Shown piece by piece: positions 9,516 to 18,214 of a stretch of DNA of 32,067 nt. The stretch is taken from NCBI GenBank assembly GCA_037917625.1, contig JAVCBY010000056.1, forward strand, positions 1-32,067, written 5' to 3'. Position numbers and translations under genes: made by a program. The stretch's first letter is position 1. Each line of letters opens with the position of its first letter. Under the pieces are notes generated by a model. That model did no database searches. It was not told where the DNA came from and worked only from the letters and a program-made list of their open reading frames with translations. The DNA comes from Thermoproteota archaeon (GTDB lineage: Archaea; Korarchaeota; Korarchaeia; Korarchaeales; Korarchaeaceae).

Positions 9516-10523
9516 GTGGAGGAGCCTCCTGAGGATGAGTTTGAGGAGGAGAATGAGGATTACTATGAGGAGGTCGATATCTCTGGGGACTATGATCTGA
9601 CCGAGCTTGAGGGGGTTGGACCCGCAACCGCTAAGAGGTTAGTGGAAGCTGGTTTCACTAGCCTAGAGTCCATAGCGATGTCAACCCCATCGGAACTCGC
9701 TGTATACGCTGGGATAAGTGAGACTGTTGCCCAAAAGATAATACAGGCCGCGAGGAGTAAGCTTAGCATAGATGTCATGTCGGCCTATGACTTTTACCAA
9801 CAGAGGAAAGCTGTTCAGAGGATAACAACAGGATCGAGAGCTCTAGATGAGCTACTGGGAGGGGGAGTCGAGACTCAATCTATAACTGAGATATATGGTC
9901 CCTATGGATCTGGGAAGACGCAATTCTGCCACCAAATGGCTGTTACTGTGCAGTTAGCTGAGGAGAAGGGTGGACTCGGTAGAGGAGCTATGTACATAGA
10001 TACGGAGGGCACTTTCAGGCCAGAGAGGATATTACAAATAGCTGAAAGGTTCAAGCTCGACCCAGAATCCACTTTGAGGAATATACTTTATGCGAGGGCT
10101 TTCACGAGTGATCACCAGATGATAGTGACTGAGAGAGCGGAATCCTATATAAAGGAGAAGGATATTGGCCTCATAATAGTGGATTCCTTGATAAGCCACT
10201 TCAGGGGGGAGTACGTTGGCAGAGAGACCCTAGCGGAGAGACAGCAGAAGCTCAATAAATACCTGCACAAACTCCTCAGACTCGCATTAGGATATAATAT
10301 GGCTGTTATAGTCACGAATCAAGTCGTCGCGGATCCTACAGCATTCTTCGGCGACCCAAATAAGCCGGCAGGAGGCCATGTTCTGGGGCATGGGGTAACA
10401 GCGAGACTCTACATAAAGAGAGGGAAGAAGGACAGAAGAGTTGTAAAGCTCGTCAAGAGCCCATATCTCCCAGAGGGTACTGTCGAGGTAGCTATAACTC
10501 AGGGTGGTATTGAGGACGTCTAG
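9516..10523 (+). CDS. radA: DNA repair and recombination protein RadA (start may lie at ATC 9495)
   Basis: N-terminal HhH (LEGVGPATAKRL), Walker A GPYGSGKT, YIDTEGTFRPER, Walker B IIVDS, GGHVLGH. No intein. Confidence 0.97.
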   Translation: MEEPPEDEFEEENEDYYEEVDISGDYDLTELEGVGPATAKRLVEAGFTSLESIAMSTPSELAVYAGISETVAQKIIQAARSKLSIDVMSAYDFYQQRKAVQRITTGSRALDELLGGGVETQSITEIYGPYGSGKTQFCHQMAVTVQLAEEKGGLGRGAMYIDTEGTFRPERILQIAERFKLDPESTLRNILYARAFTSDHQMIVTERAESYIKEKDIGLIIVDSLISHFRGEYVGRETLAERQQKLNKYLHKLLRLALGYNMAVIVTNQVVADPTAFFGDPNKPAGGHVLGHGVTARLYIKRGKKDRRVVKLVKSPYLPEGTVEVAITQGGIEDV

Positions 10524-11209
10524 ATCCCTTCATATTCTCTCCTCTTCTTATCATACTCCTCCCTAGTTCCGACGACTCTCGCGGGAACTCCCATGACGAC
10601 CTTCCTAGGCTGGACGTCTCTAGTCACGACAGCCCCTGAAGCTACCACAGCCCCCTCTCCTATCTTCACACCAGAGACTAACACGGAATTCGCACCTATT
10701 ATGGCATCGTCCTCTATCTTGACCCCTAACAGTCTTCTGCTAGGTGGATATTTATCGTTCGTGATCACCACGAATGGTGCTAGGAAGACTCTATCTCCTA
10801 TCTCGCTCATCGGAGGTATATAGACTCCACTCTGGATGCTCACCTCCCTCCCTATCTTAACCCTACCATCCACGATAGAATGCGTCCCTATCAGAGTGCG
10901 ATCCCCTATACTGGAATCCTCCCTTATCAGGACCGAATGCCCTGTTTGAACGCCGTTCCCCAAAGTCACCCTCTCGTAGATGATTGAATGACTCCTTATG
11001 AAGCATCCCTCCCCTATCTTAGCCCCCTCACTCAAGCGGTCGTACTCCTCCATACTCACCTCTTTACCCCTCACTTTGGGCAGCGTCGGGTATCCTATCA
11101 CTGAGTAGAACCCTATCACGGATCCCTTACCTATTATCGTCTCCCCTAGGACTACGGCCTCACCCTCGAAGCTGACACCATTAATAATCGCCTTTTTAGA
11201 CAGGTACAT
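10520..11209 (-). CDS. Hexapeptide-repeat (left-handed beta-helix) acyltransferase, WbpD/DapH-like
   Basis: Repeated [LIV]-G-x4 hexapeptides, TNDKYP, C-terminal GAVVTRDV...GVPARV. Confidence 0.9.
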   Translation of the reverse strand: MYLSKKAIINGVSFEGEAVVLGETIIGKGSVIGFYSVIGYPTLPKVRGKEVSMEEYDRLSEGAKIGEGCFIRSHSIIYERVTLGNGVQTGHSVLIREDSSIGDRTLIGTHSIVDGRVKIGREVSIQSGVYIPPMSEIGDRVFLAPFVVITNDKYPPSRRLLGVKIEDDAIIGANSVLVSGVKIGEGAVVASGAVVTRDVQPRKVVMGVPARVVGTREEYDKKRREYEGI

Positions 11210-11226
11210 ATGAATCGAGGGGTATC

Positions 11227-11448
11227 ATGAGGAAGACTATAAAAGTTTCTATAGGGGGAGAGGAAAAGGTGCTACCGGCAAATACTCAGTTATCTGATCT
11301 CTATAAGATTCTGGGGTTCAATAAATGGGAGATCCTTCTTCTGGTCAATGGTGAGCCGCGTTCTGATGATAGTTACCTTGAGGATGATGACTTAGTGACG
11401 TGGCTCAGGATAACACTCCATGAGAGCCCTGTCGATGGATCAAGGTGA
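11227..11448 (+). CDS. ThiS/MoaD/SAMP-like beta-grasp protein lacking C-terminal Gly-Gly
   Basis: 73 aa; T-x-x-DL...LG...LLVNGE...LEDDD-x-V pattern of sulfur carriers. GAGGGG SD. Ends ...LHESPVDGSR. Confidence 0.75.
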   Translation: MRKTIKVSIGGEEKVLPANTQLSDLYKILGFNKWEILLLVNGEPRSDDSYLEDDDLVTWLRITLHESPVDGSR

Positions 11449-11452
11449 TTAA

Positions 11453-11632
11453 ATGTCAGAATTTCCGAAGAAATGCCTTTTTCATGGAAGCGTCGGAGCT
11501 GCTGACATCCCTAAGGCTCCCCTCTTCATTCCCAATGCTTTAAGCTCTTGCCTCGAAGGACTCTCTATTAACTCAGAGACCGATTATCGGAGGTGCCCGC
11601 GCTTATGGTCTAAAATTGCGGTGAGATCATGA
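11453..11632 (+). CDS. Unannotated 59-aa Cys/His-containing small protein (MSEFPKKCLFHG...SSCLE...RRCPRLW...)
   Basis: Fills the gap between the ThiS-like gene and TtuA exactly. AAGGTGA SD at 11442-11448. Its TGA overlaps the TtuA ATG (ATGA). Confidence 0.6.
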   Translation: MSEFPKKCLFHGSVGAADIPKAPLFIPNALSSCLEGLSINSETDYRRCPRLWSKIAVRS

Positions 11633-12615
11633 GGCTCTGTGATATCTGCGGATCTGAGGAAGCTATCTATACTAATTACATGACTGGAGCTTCTTTATGC
11701 GCCAGTTGCTTGAAGAATTCGATCAAAAGGAGGGCTTGGTCCGTGATGAAGAAGGAGCTTCGCCCCGGAGATAAGGTAATGGTGGCGCATTCCGGAGGGA
11801 AGGATAGTTCATTAGCACTCCTCTTGACTAAGGAGTTCTCTGACGAGATGAGAGAGTTCGATTTGAAGGTGATCTCGGTGACAGTGGATGAGGGGACCCT
11901 CTACAGGAGATCCTCTATAAAGCTAGCGAGGAAGTTAACCGAGAGGTTGCAAGTCAAACATTTGATCATCCAGATGAGGGATATTCTCGGGTTCTCCGTG
12001 GAGGATCTAAGGCTAGCGATACCGAAGGATTGGAAGAGAAATGCTTGCACTTATTGTGGCGTTTTAAGGAGGCAGATATTGAATGCAGTAGCGAGAGAGA
12101 TAGGCGCGACGGTTCTAGTTACTGGTCACAATCTGGACGACTTAGTTCAGACTTCAATAATGAACTTAGTTAGGGGAGACGCTGATGCATTGGTGAAGAC
12201 GATGAGGCACGAGAGGAAGTATGAGGAAGGTCTCATTCCTAGGGTTAGACCATTGAGATACGTCTATGAGAGAGAGATAGCTAGTCTCGTGGTAGCCCTT
12301 GGAATCCCAGCTCACTTGGGTAAATGTCCCATGGCCCAAGGGATGAGGATAAGTATAAGGAGGGAAATAGATCTTATAGAAGATTCTAATCCAGGAGCAA
12401 AGCTTAGAGCTTTCTTATTCCTTGAGAACCTCTCATCCAAGATGAAGGTCGATGTTAACTTGAGGAGATGTTCATCATGTGGGGAGCCCACTACTTCCGA
12501 TATCTGTAAAGTATGCCAACTTAGAAAAGAGGCTTTCCGTCTTATGGGGATCAAAGATAAGAATATTAGACTAGATGGCCTTAAAGCCTTAAAGGATTCA
12601 GCATTTCAATCTTAG
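11629..12615 (+). CDS. ttuA: tRNA 2-thiolation protein TtuA/NcsA/Ctu1 (TIGR00269 family)
   Basis: N-terminal CxxC...CxxC Zn finger, PP-loop SGGKDS, CTYC plus CP cluster ligands, GHNLDD, C-terminal CSSC...CKVC. Confidence 0.9.
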   Translation: MRLCDICGSEEAIYTNYMTGASLCASCLKNSIKRRAWSVMKKELRPGDKVMVAHSGGKDSSLALLLTKEFSDEMREFDLKVISVTVDEGTLYRRSSIKLARKLTERLQVKHLIIQMRDILGFSVEDLRLAIPKDWKRNACTYCGVLRRQILNAVAREIGATVLVTGHNLDDLVQTSIMNLVRGDADALVKTMRHERKYEEGLIPRVRPLRYVYEREIASLVVALGIPAHLGKCPMAQGMRISIRREIDLIEDSNPGAKLRAFLFLENLSSKMKVDVNLRRCSSCGEPTTSDICKVCQLRKEAFRLMGIKDKNIRLDGLKALKDSAFQS

Positions 12616-13876
12616 GTACGTAATTCCTGGGCCTCGGGAAGGGCCTCAGCCCGTACTCGAGGGCCCTATCGGAGTAATTCAATATCAGCCTCATCATGCT
12701 GGATCCAGTGAACCATCCCAAGCCACCGACCTGAGCGTCCAATTCATGGAAGTTCGATGAATCGTCCCTAGGAAGCCCCTTCCCGTAGAACAGAACGGGC
12801 ACGGGATCTCCAGAATGCTTACCGAGGGAACAGGGAGTCGCATGATCCCCCGTTATGACAACTAGAAGGTCCTCCGGTGGATCCGTGAGGGGTTCTAAAG
12901 CTAGGTCTATCCTCTCCAGGACCCTGACCTTCTGCTCAGGATCTTTATTATGAGAAGCGACATCCGTCCCTTTCATATGGACGTAAATGAAATCGAATTC
13001 CTCTATAAGATCTAAAGCTTTCCTTACCTTAGAGGAGAAATCCGAATCCGGGAGGCCCGTCGCACCTGATGGATGGAATACCTCAAATCCCAGAGCCCTA
13101 GCGATCCCCTTGTACATGGGACCCGCTGCTACAGCAGCTGGCTTAAATCCCCATCTTGAGGAGAATGGCTCAAGTTTAGGAGGAGATGAAGCTCCTCTTA
13201 GGAGTATGAAGTTAGCTGGTAATTTGCCTTCAGCTATCCTCTTTCTGTTCACCTCATGATCCTTCAATATCCTGTAAGAGAGGAGGAGAAATTCTCTCAC
13301 TGCTTCAGCAGTTTTAACTGCCTTCTCATCGATAGGCTCTGGTTCCAAGACGTAGTAGCCCTCCTCATGGGGATCTACATCGGTAACTAAGCTCGATAAT
13401 CCATCCCCTTCTAAAATGAGGAACCCTCTATGCTCTAATGTATGTAAAAATTTAGCCTTAACTTCCCCATTCAATAAATATAACTCCTTCAATTCGGATG
13501 CCAATGAAAATGCATCTTCTCCCTCTATCCTTCCAGCTCTCCTATCTACGACCACGAGCTTTCCATTTTCCTCCCTCACTGTGGAGAAATTAGCCCTAAA
13601 TATCACTCCATCGCTCACTACCCCTTCGCTCAGAGCTTCGAATACCCCTCTACCTGGATATTCCCTATTTAGATCGTACCCGAATATGGAGAGGTGACTC
13701 GAGTCGCTACCCGGGGGGATCCCGGGGGCTATCGGATACTGCATGCCTAAGAGTCCCTTCGCTGCCATTAGGTCCATATTAGGTATCTCCGCTGCCTGAA
13801 GGGGGGTCAGCCACTTAAGGGATGGGGATGGCCTATCACCTAAGCCGTCTATTATGAGCAGGATCACCCTCCTCAT
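12581..13876 (-). CDS. apgM: 2,3-bisphosphoglycerate-independent phosphoglycerate mutase (archaeal)
   Basis: Motifs IDGLGDRP, PGSD, YPGRG, DRRAGRI, KGTDVASH, TGDHATP, HSGDPVP. ATG 13876 (MRRVILL) fits a leaderless start; upstream in-frame starts exist at 13885 and 13891. Confidence 0.93.
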   Translation of the reverse strand: MRRVILLIIDGLGDRPSPSLKWLTPLQAAEIPNMDLMAAKGLLGMQYPIAPGIPPGSDSSHLSIFGYDLNREYPGRGVFEALSEGVVSDGVIFRANFSTVREENGKLVVVDRRAGRIEGEDAFSLASELKELYLLNGEVKAKFLHTLEHRGFLILEGDGLSSLVTDVDPHEEGYYVLEPEPIDEKAVKTAEAVREFLLLSYRILKDHEVNRKRIAEGKLPANFILLRGASSPPKLEPFSSRWGFKPAAVAAGPMYKGIARALGFEVFHPSGATGLPDSDFSSKVRKALDLIEEFDFIYVHMKGTDVASHNKDPEQKVRVLERIDLALEPLTDPPEDLLVVITGDHATPCSLGKHSGDPVPVLFYGKGLPRDDSSNFHELDAQVGGLGWFTGSSMMRLILNYSDRALEYGLRPFPRPRNYVPKIEMLNPLRL

Positions 13877-13937
13877 AGGTCGCATCGGCAACGATTCAAT
13901 TTAATAATCAACCCGCGCTCATGAATGGGTCTGACTA

Positions 13938-14705
13938 ATGGGATGGATGAAAATTATAGAATTGTCAAAGCCTCTAGGCGCTGAGATAGCGATAATCGGA
14001 TTCCCAGGAGTAGCTAATGTTGGGGAACAAGTGATAACGTATTTGGTGAGGGAGAAGAACGCGATACCTATAGTGAGGATATACTCGGAGTACCTAGTCT
14101 TCCCGAACAACATGGTCGGCATCTCCGTGACAGAGGACGGCAAGTTCCTCCTGCCCTCAGTATCGATATTCCAGTTGAGGGACCCTCCCCTCATACTGGT
14201 GACCAGCGATGTACAACCTCTAGCTTGGGGCGCTATGGAAATAGCGAATGAGATCATAAGGATCCTCTCGGGCCTAGGCGTCAAGAGGATGATAGTGATA
14301 ACGGGTTTCGTTGAGGAGAGCGCTGCCGGTAAAGTCATCGCCTTTGGAACGGATAATGAGCTTTTAGATGTATTTTTAAAGGCTAATGCTGTAAAAGAAG
14401 ATCTAATAAAGGTCGTAGTTGGTCTGGCTGGTTCCGTTCTCGGGGTGGCTAAGATAAGGGGGATCAAGAGTCTAGTGCTGAGTGGTGTATCCCCAGACTA
14501 CTCTCCGGATCCTAGAGCCGCTAAAAGCGTCCTATTATCCCTAGACTCGGTTTTCTCATTGGGTTTGGACTTCGAGTCGCTCGATAGGCAGATAGAGGAG
14601 ATAGATAAGATAAAGAGTGAGATACTGAAGGAAATCGAGAGGAGGTTGAGAGAGGAACAAGGATTCCAGGGTGAGGAAGTTGGCTCAGCGGAGTACGTCG
14701 GCTAG
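13938..14705 (+). CDS. PAC2-family proteasome assembly chaperone-like protein (paralog 1)
   Basis: Motifs GFPGVANVG, SDVQP, PDPRAAK, LDFESL. C-terminus EYVG. Confidence 0.88.
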   Translation: MGWMKIIELSKPLGAEIAIIGFPGVANVGEQVITYLVREKNAIPIVRIYSEYLVFPNNMVGISVTEDGKFLLPSVSIFQLRDPPLILVTSDVQPLAWGAMEIANEIIRILSGLGVKRMIVITGFVEESAAGKVIAFGTDNELLDVFLKANAVKEDLIKVVVGLAGSVLGVAKIRGIKSLVLSGVSPDYSPDPRAAKSVLLSLDSVFSLGLDFESLDRQIEEIDKIKSEILKEIERRLREEQGFQGEEVGSAEYVG

Positions 14706-15042
14706 GGCGCCAGCCCCCCTGCAGAGGTTGGAGGAGAAGCTAACTAAAGAGAACCTTTGGATTTACGTACTCTCAATACTCAAGGAGAGACCTGCTTATC
14801 CTTATGAGATCGGGAAGCTCATAGAGGAGAGGTTCGGTTGGAAGCCCGCTAGAGTGACCGCTTACATGGTCATGAGATCGCTGAAAGCTAAGGGGTATGT
14901 GAGGATTTCAGTCAGGAGAGGGGAGGATACTGGCAAGATGAGGAATTACTATGAGATAACTGAATCTGGGATCAAGTTGCTCGAGAAAGGTCTCCAATTC
15001 CTTGAGAAGACATTGGAATCATTGAAGGGAGAGCATAAATGA
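14680..15042 (+). CDS. PadR-family transcriptional regulator
   Basis: LWIYVLSIL...YPYEI...YMVMRSLKAKGYV...RNYYEITESG winged HTH. TTG 14680 follows GGTGAGG; GTG 14671 is an alternative start. Confidence 0.88.
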   Translation: MAQRSTSARAPAPLQRLEEKLTKENLWIYVLSILKERPAYPYEIGKLIEERFGWKPARVTAYMVMRSLKAKGYVRISVRRGEDTGKMRNYYEITESGIKLLEKGLQFLEKTLESLKGEHK

Positions 15043-16055
15043 GGATCTGGTTCGATGTAATAACGCCGAAGCAAGCTAGGCTCATGTCATCGATCGCTAA
15101 AAGACTGGGAAGGGAATACGTGATAACAGTGAAGGGATATAGTGAATCTGTGGATATTCTGAGGGAACTCAATGTAAATTTCATTCAGATAGGGGATTAT
15201 TCCATTGGCGACCTGAAGAAGAAGCTCATATCTTATGCTGAGAGGGTGAGGCTTCTCTCTGAGTTCGTCTACGATTACAGACCGGACTTTCTAATATCTT
15301 TTTCCTCTCCTGAGGCTGTAAGAGTGGCTTATGGCCTCTCAATCAGATCGATAACGATGAACGATTCTCCTCATTCCTACCACGTCGGGAGACTCACTCT
15401 CCCCCTCTCCTGGAAGGTAATCTACCCAGAAGCGATCCCAGAGGATGATATGATAAGGCTTGGTGCTTCTAAGGAATCCCTAGTTCCATATAGGGGAGTT
15501 GATGAAGTGGCCTGGGTTAAAGATAGATTATATGATTTTAGGGATTCGAAAAGGGAGTTTAAAGTCTTCATTAGGCCTGAGGAGAGTGGAGCATCCTACA
15601 TGCTGGGGAGAGAGGGGTTCACGATGAGGCTCGTGGATGAGGTCATAGAGATGGGGGCCGATGTCATCATAAAGCCGAGATATGAGAAACAATCTATAAT
15701 GATCGAGGAGAAATATGGCAAAAAAGTTACTATTTTAGACAATACAGTAGATACTCTTGAACTCTTCAGTAGAATCGTCTTAGTCGTGACCGGAGGCGGT
15801 ACCATGGCGAGGGAGGCAGCCCTGCTCGGGACGCCTTCTCTCTGCACCTTCCCCTTGGACGTAAAGCTTTATGTCAATGACTTCCTTAAGGATATGGGAT
15901 TCCCGATATGGAGGGCAAATTCATTAGAGGAGGCGATCAGTATAATTAGGATGATCCTCAAGGATCCCGACTCTTATGTAGTGGATACTAAGCCCCTCAT
16001 GGAGGAGTTAGAGGATCCCAGAGCAGTTATTGAAAAAATTTTGGATACTAATTAG
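15039..16055 (+). CDS. DUF354-family GT-B-fold protein (putative glycosyltransferase/epimerase-like)
   Basis: Motifs RIWFDVITPKQ, SPEAVRVAYGL, RPEESGASY, GGGTMAREAALLGTP. Confidence 0.82.
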   Translation: MRIWFDVITPKQARLMSSIAKRLGREYVITVKGYSESVDILRELNVNFIQIGDYSIGDLKKKLISYAERVRLLSEFVYDYRPDFLISFSSPEAVRVAYGLSIRSITMNDSPHSYHVGRLTLPLSWKVIYPEAIPEDDMIRLGASKESLVPYRGVDEVAWVKDRLYDFRDSKREFKVFIRPEESGASYMLGREGFTMRLVDEVIEMGADVIIKPRYEKQSIMIEEKYGKKVTILDNTVDTLELFSRIVLVVTGGGTMAREAALLGTPSLCTFPLDVKLYVNDFLKDMGFPIWRANSLEEAISIIRMILKDPDSYVVDTKPLMEELEDPRAVIEKILDTN

Positions 16056-17380
16056 TCCTCAGATTTGAGTAAATATTTCCTGAACATCCCTTCAGCAGCT
16101 ATAGCGATAGGTTCTAGGACATCGCAGACCTCCGGTTGGTACGCGAATTCCATTATCCTTATATCTTCCACACTGAATCCAGCATATATGGCTGCTGTTA
16201 GGAAGAGGATCCTTTCTCTGACCCCCCTCCTCCCGAAGACCTGACCTCCTAAAAGCTTACCCTTCCTATCCGTGATCAACCAGATGACAGTGTTATCCTT
16301 CCCCGGCATATACTTCGGTAAGTCGGAACCTGAGAACCTGAATGCCTTATACTCCATCTTAAGAGAATCCGCTCTCGTCGCAGATAGGCCTACGCCTCCG
16401 AAGAGATAGTCCCCTACTGATACGAGGAATGGTGATAACGCCCCTAAGTATCTAGTTTTCCCACCGGCAGCGTTCTCGGCGGCAATCCTGCCTTGAACTA
16501 ATGCTGTTGAAGCTAAGCCTGTAAGTGTAGGCTTTCCTGAGACGAAATCCTTAACTTCAGCGACATCTCCTGCTGCCAATATGTCCTGATCAGATGTGAA
16601 CATGTACTCGTCTACCTTCACCCCTCCAGTCTCCCCTATCACTAGCCCAGAGTTCAGAGCTACCTCTACGTTAGGCTTAGCCCCTATCACGATTATCGCA
16701 GTATCAGCCTCTATCCTCCCCTTAGGCGTCACTACATGCGTTAACTTGCCCCCGGATCCCTCCAGCCTTTCCATGGGTGCTTTAAGCATCACCTTGACGC
16801 CTAGATCGTTTAAAGAATTCATCACCATTGATGATATAGGCGGATCTACCTTCCCCGGCATCAGTTGCTCCATAGCCTCTATCAGCGTGACATCCCTTCC
16901 GGTGCTAGCTAGCTCGGATGCTACCTCTATGCCCGTCGCGCTTCCTCCTACCACCACTACCTTATTCCCTAAATACTTGAGCAGTTCGCTCACAGTCTCC
17001 AAGTTCCAAACGGTACCGACCCCCTCCAGGTCCATACCCTCGATCTTAGGTATTATCGGACTTAGACCAGTTGCTAAGATCAGTTTATCATAGTGTATGG
17101 ATTCTTGCGTTCCATCCCTGATAAAGTATACAATTTTCCTCTCTCTATCTATCTTCTTAGCCTCGCTTCTCAGCAATATATCTACCTTGCCCCTGGGAAC
17201 TCTCTCCTCAATATCCTGAGGTGAGAGCTTCCCGCTAAGCACCATGGGAAGCGAACAAGGATGTATCGCCACATGGATCCCCTTCTCAATCACAGTAACA
17301 TTCGATTCTGGATCTACTTTCTTCAGAACCGCTGCCGCAGTCTGACCCGCGGTACCATGACCTATGACTACGTAATCCAT
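16052..17380 (-). CDS. FAD-dependent NADH oxidase / CoA-disulfide reductase family oxidoreductase
   Basis: GHGTAG FAD motif, redox Cys in HPCSLP, ATG motif, AAGD, C-terminal AYQP dimerization motif. Start moved to ATG 17380 (MDYVVIG), with a TATA 21-30 nt upstream. Confidence 0.88.
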   Translation of the reverse strand: MDYVVIGHGTAGQTAAAVLKKVDPESNVTVIEKGIHVAIHPCSLPMVLSGKLSPQDIEERVPRGKVDILLRSEAKKIDRERKIVYFIRDGTQESIHYDKLILATGLSPIIPKIEGMDLEGVGTVWNLETVSELLKYLGNKVVVVGGSATGIEVASELASTGRDVTLIEAMEQLMPGKVDPPISSMVMNSLNDLGVKVMLKAPMERLEGSGGKLTHVVTPKGRIEADTAIIVIGAKPNVEVALNSGLVIGETGGVKVDEYMFTSDQDILAAGDVAEVKDFVSGKPTLTGLASTALVQGRIAAENAAGGKTRYLGALSPFLVSVGDYLFGGVGLSATRADSLKMEYKAFRFSGSDLPKYMPGKDNTVIWLITDRKGKLLGGQVFGRRGVRERILFLTAAIYAGFSVEDIRIMEFAYQPEVCDVLEPIAIAAEGMFRKYLLKSED

Positions 17381-17396
17381 ATTGGTATCGATATGG

Positions 17397-17410
17397 TTTT
17401 TATTTTTAAA
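17397..17410. promoter_or_regulatory. Putative shared bidirectional TATA region
   Basis: TTTTTATTTTTAAA lies between the divergent starts at 17380 (-) and 17448 (+). Confidence 0.55.
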
Positions 17411-17447
17411 GCGTTCAAGCGGATCCTCCATGAGAGGAGGTGTAGGC

Positions 17448-18203
17448 TTGGGATACATTGAGTTGATCAAGCTGAAGGATGTGAGGCCTAAGAATCCCGT
17501 TTTGGTGCAGGGAGTCCCTGGGCTTGGCCTAGTCGGTAAAATAGCAGCAAGCTATCTGATAGAATCCTTAGAGTCCGAGAAGATTGCTGTCATATATAGT
17601 GATTACCTGCCCTTGCCCGATGGATCCTCGGGCGTTAGGATTGAGGAGGAGGACATCGTACCTCCAAGTTACGATCTTTATTTAGCTAAAGGAGATAACT
17701 TGGATCTCATAATTCTAACTTCAGAGGTCCAACCAACTATTTTCGGCCAGTATGAGATAGGAGAGCTCGTCTTGGATTACGCAATTCAGTTAGGCGTTAA
17801 AATAGTCATAACGATGGGAGGCTACGTCCCCGGTTCCCCTGAGGTTAAAGGCGTATTCGCTTGCTCGAACGATGAGGAGTTCATGAGGAGGCTCAACGAG
17901 GTCGGAGTTAAGCCGCTGACCGGAGGTTATGTGACTGGTGCTGCTGGCCTGTTAGTGGGGCTAGCGGATCTCAAGGGTTTAACGAGTGCTTGCCTCTTAG
18001 GAACGACAAATGGAGCGTTCCCAGATCCAAAGGCATCTAAAATGGTATTAGAAGCCCTTTCAAAGCTTTTCAAATTCAAGATAGACTTGGAAAAGCTGGA
18101 AAGGGAAGCTGAAATAGCTGCTGAAGTGATGAAAGAGGAAATGAAGCTCCCGGAGACTGAAATTTACAAGGAGGAAGAGAAAGGGCTCCCATATCACGGC
18201 TAA
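17448..18203 (+). CDS. PAC2-family proteasome assembly chaperone-like protein (paralog 2)
   Basis: Motifs GVPGLGLVGKIA, SEVQP, GAAGLLVG, PDPKASK. C-terminus LPYHG. TTG 17448 follows AGGAGGTG. Confidence 0.9.
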   Translation: MGYIELIKLKDVRPKNPVLVQGVPGLGLVGKIAASYLIESLESEKIAVIYSDYLPLPDGSSGVRIEEEDIVPPSYDLYLAKGDNLDLIILTSEVQPTIFGQYEIGELVLDYAIQLGVKIVITMGGYVPGSPEVKGVFACSNDEEFMRRLNEVGVKPLTGGYVTGAAGLLVGLADLKGLTSACLLGTTNGAFPDPKASKMVLEALSKLFKFKIDLEKLEREAEIAAEVMKEEMKLPETEIYKEEEKGLPYHG

Positions 18204-18214
18204 AGGTGAGTGAG

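Noticed and set aside
9516..10523. Possible intein in RadA
   Set aside because: Length (335 aa) is normal and the sequence after Walker A is uninterrupted.
17382..17470. Apparent head-to-head coding overlap of the oxidoreductase and PAC2 genes (likewise secG/MBL at 30136-30401)
   Set aside because: Caused by longest-ORF start calling. Motif- and SD-supported starts (17380/17448; 30266/30328) remove the overlaps.
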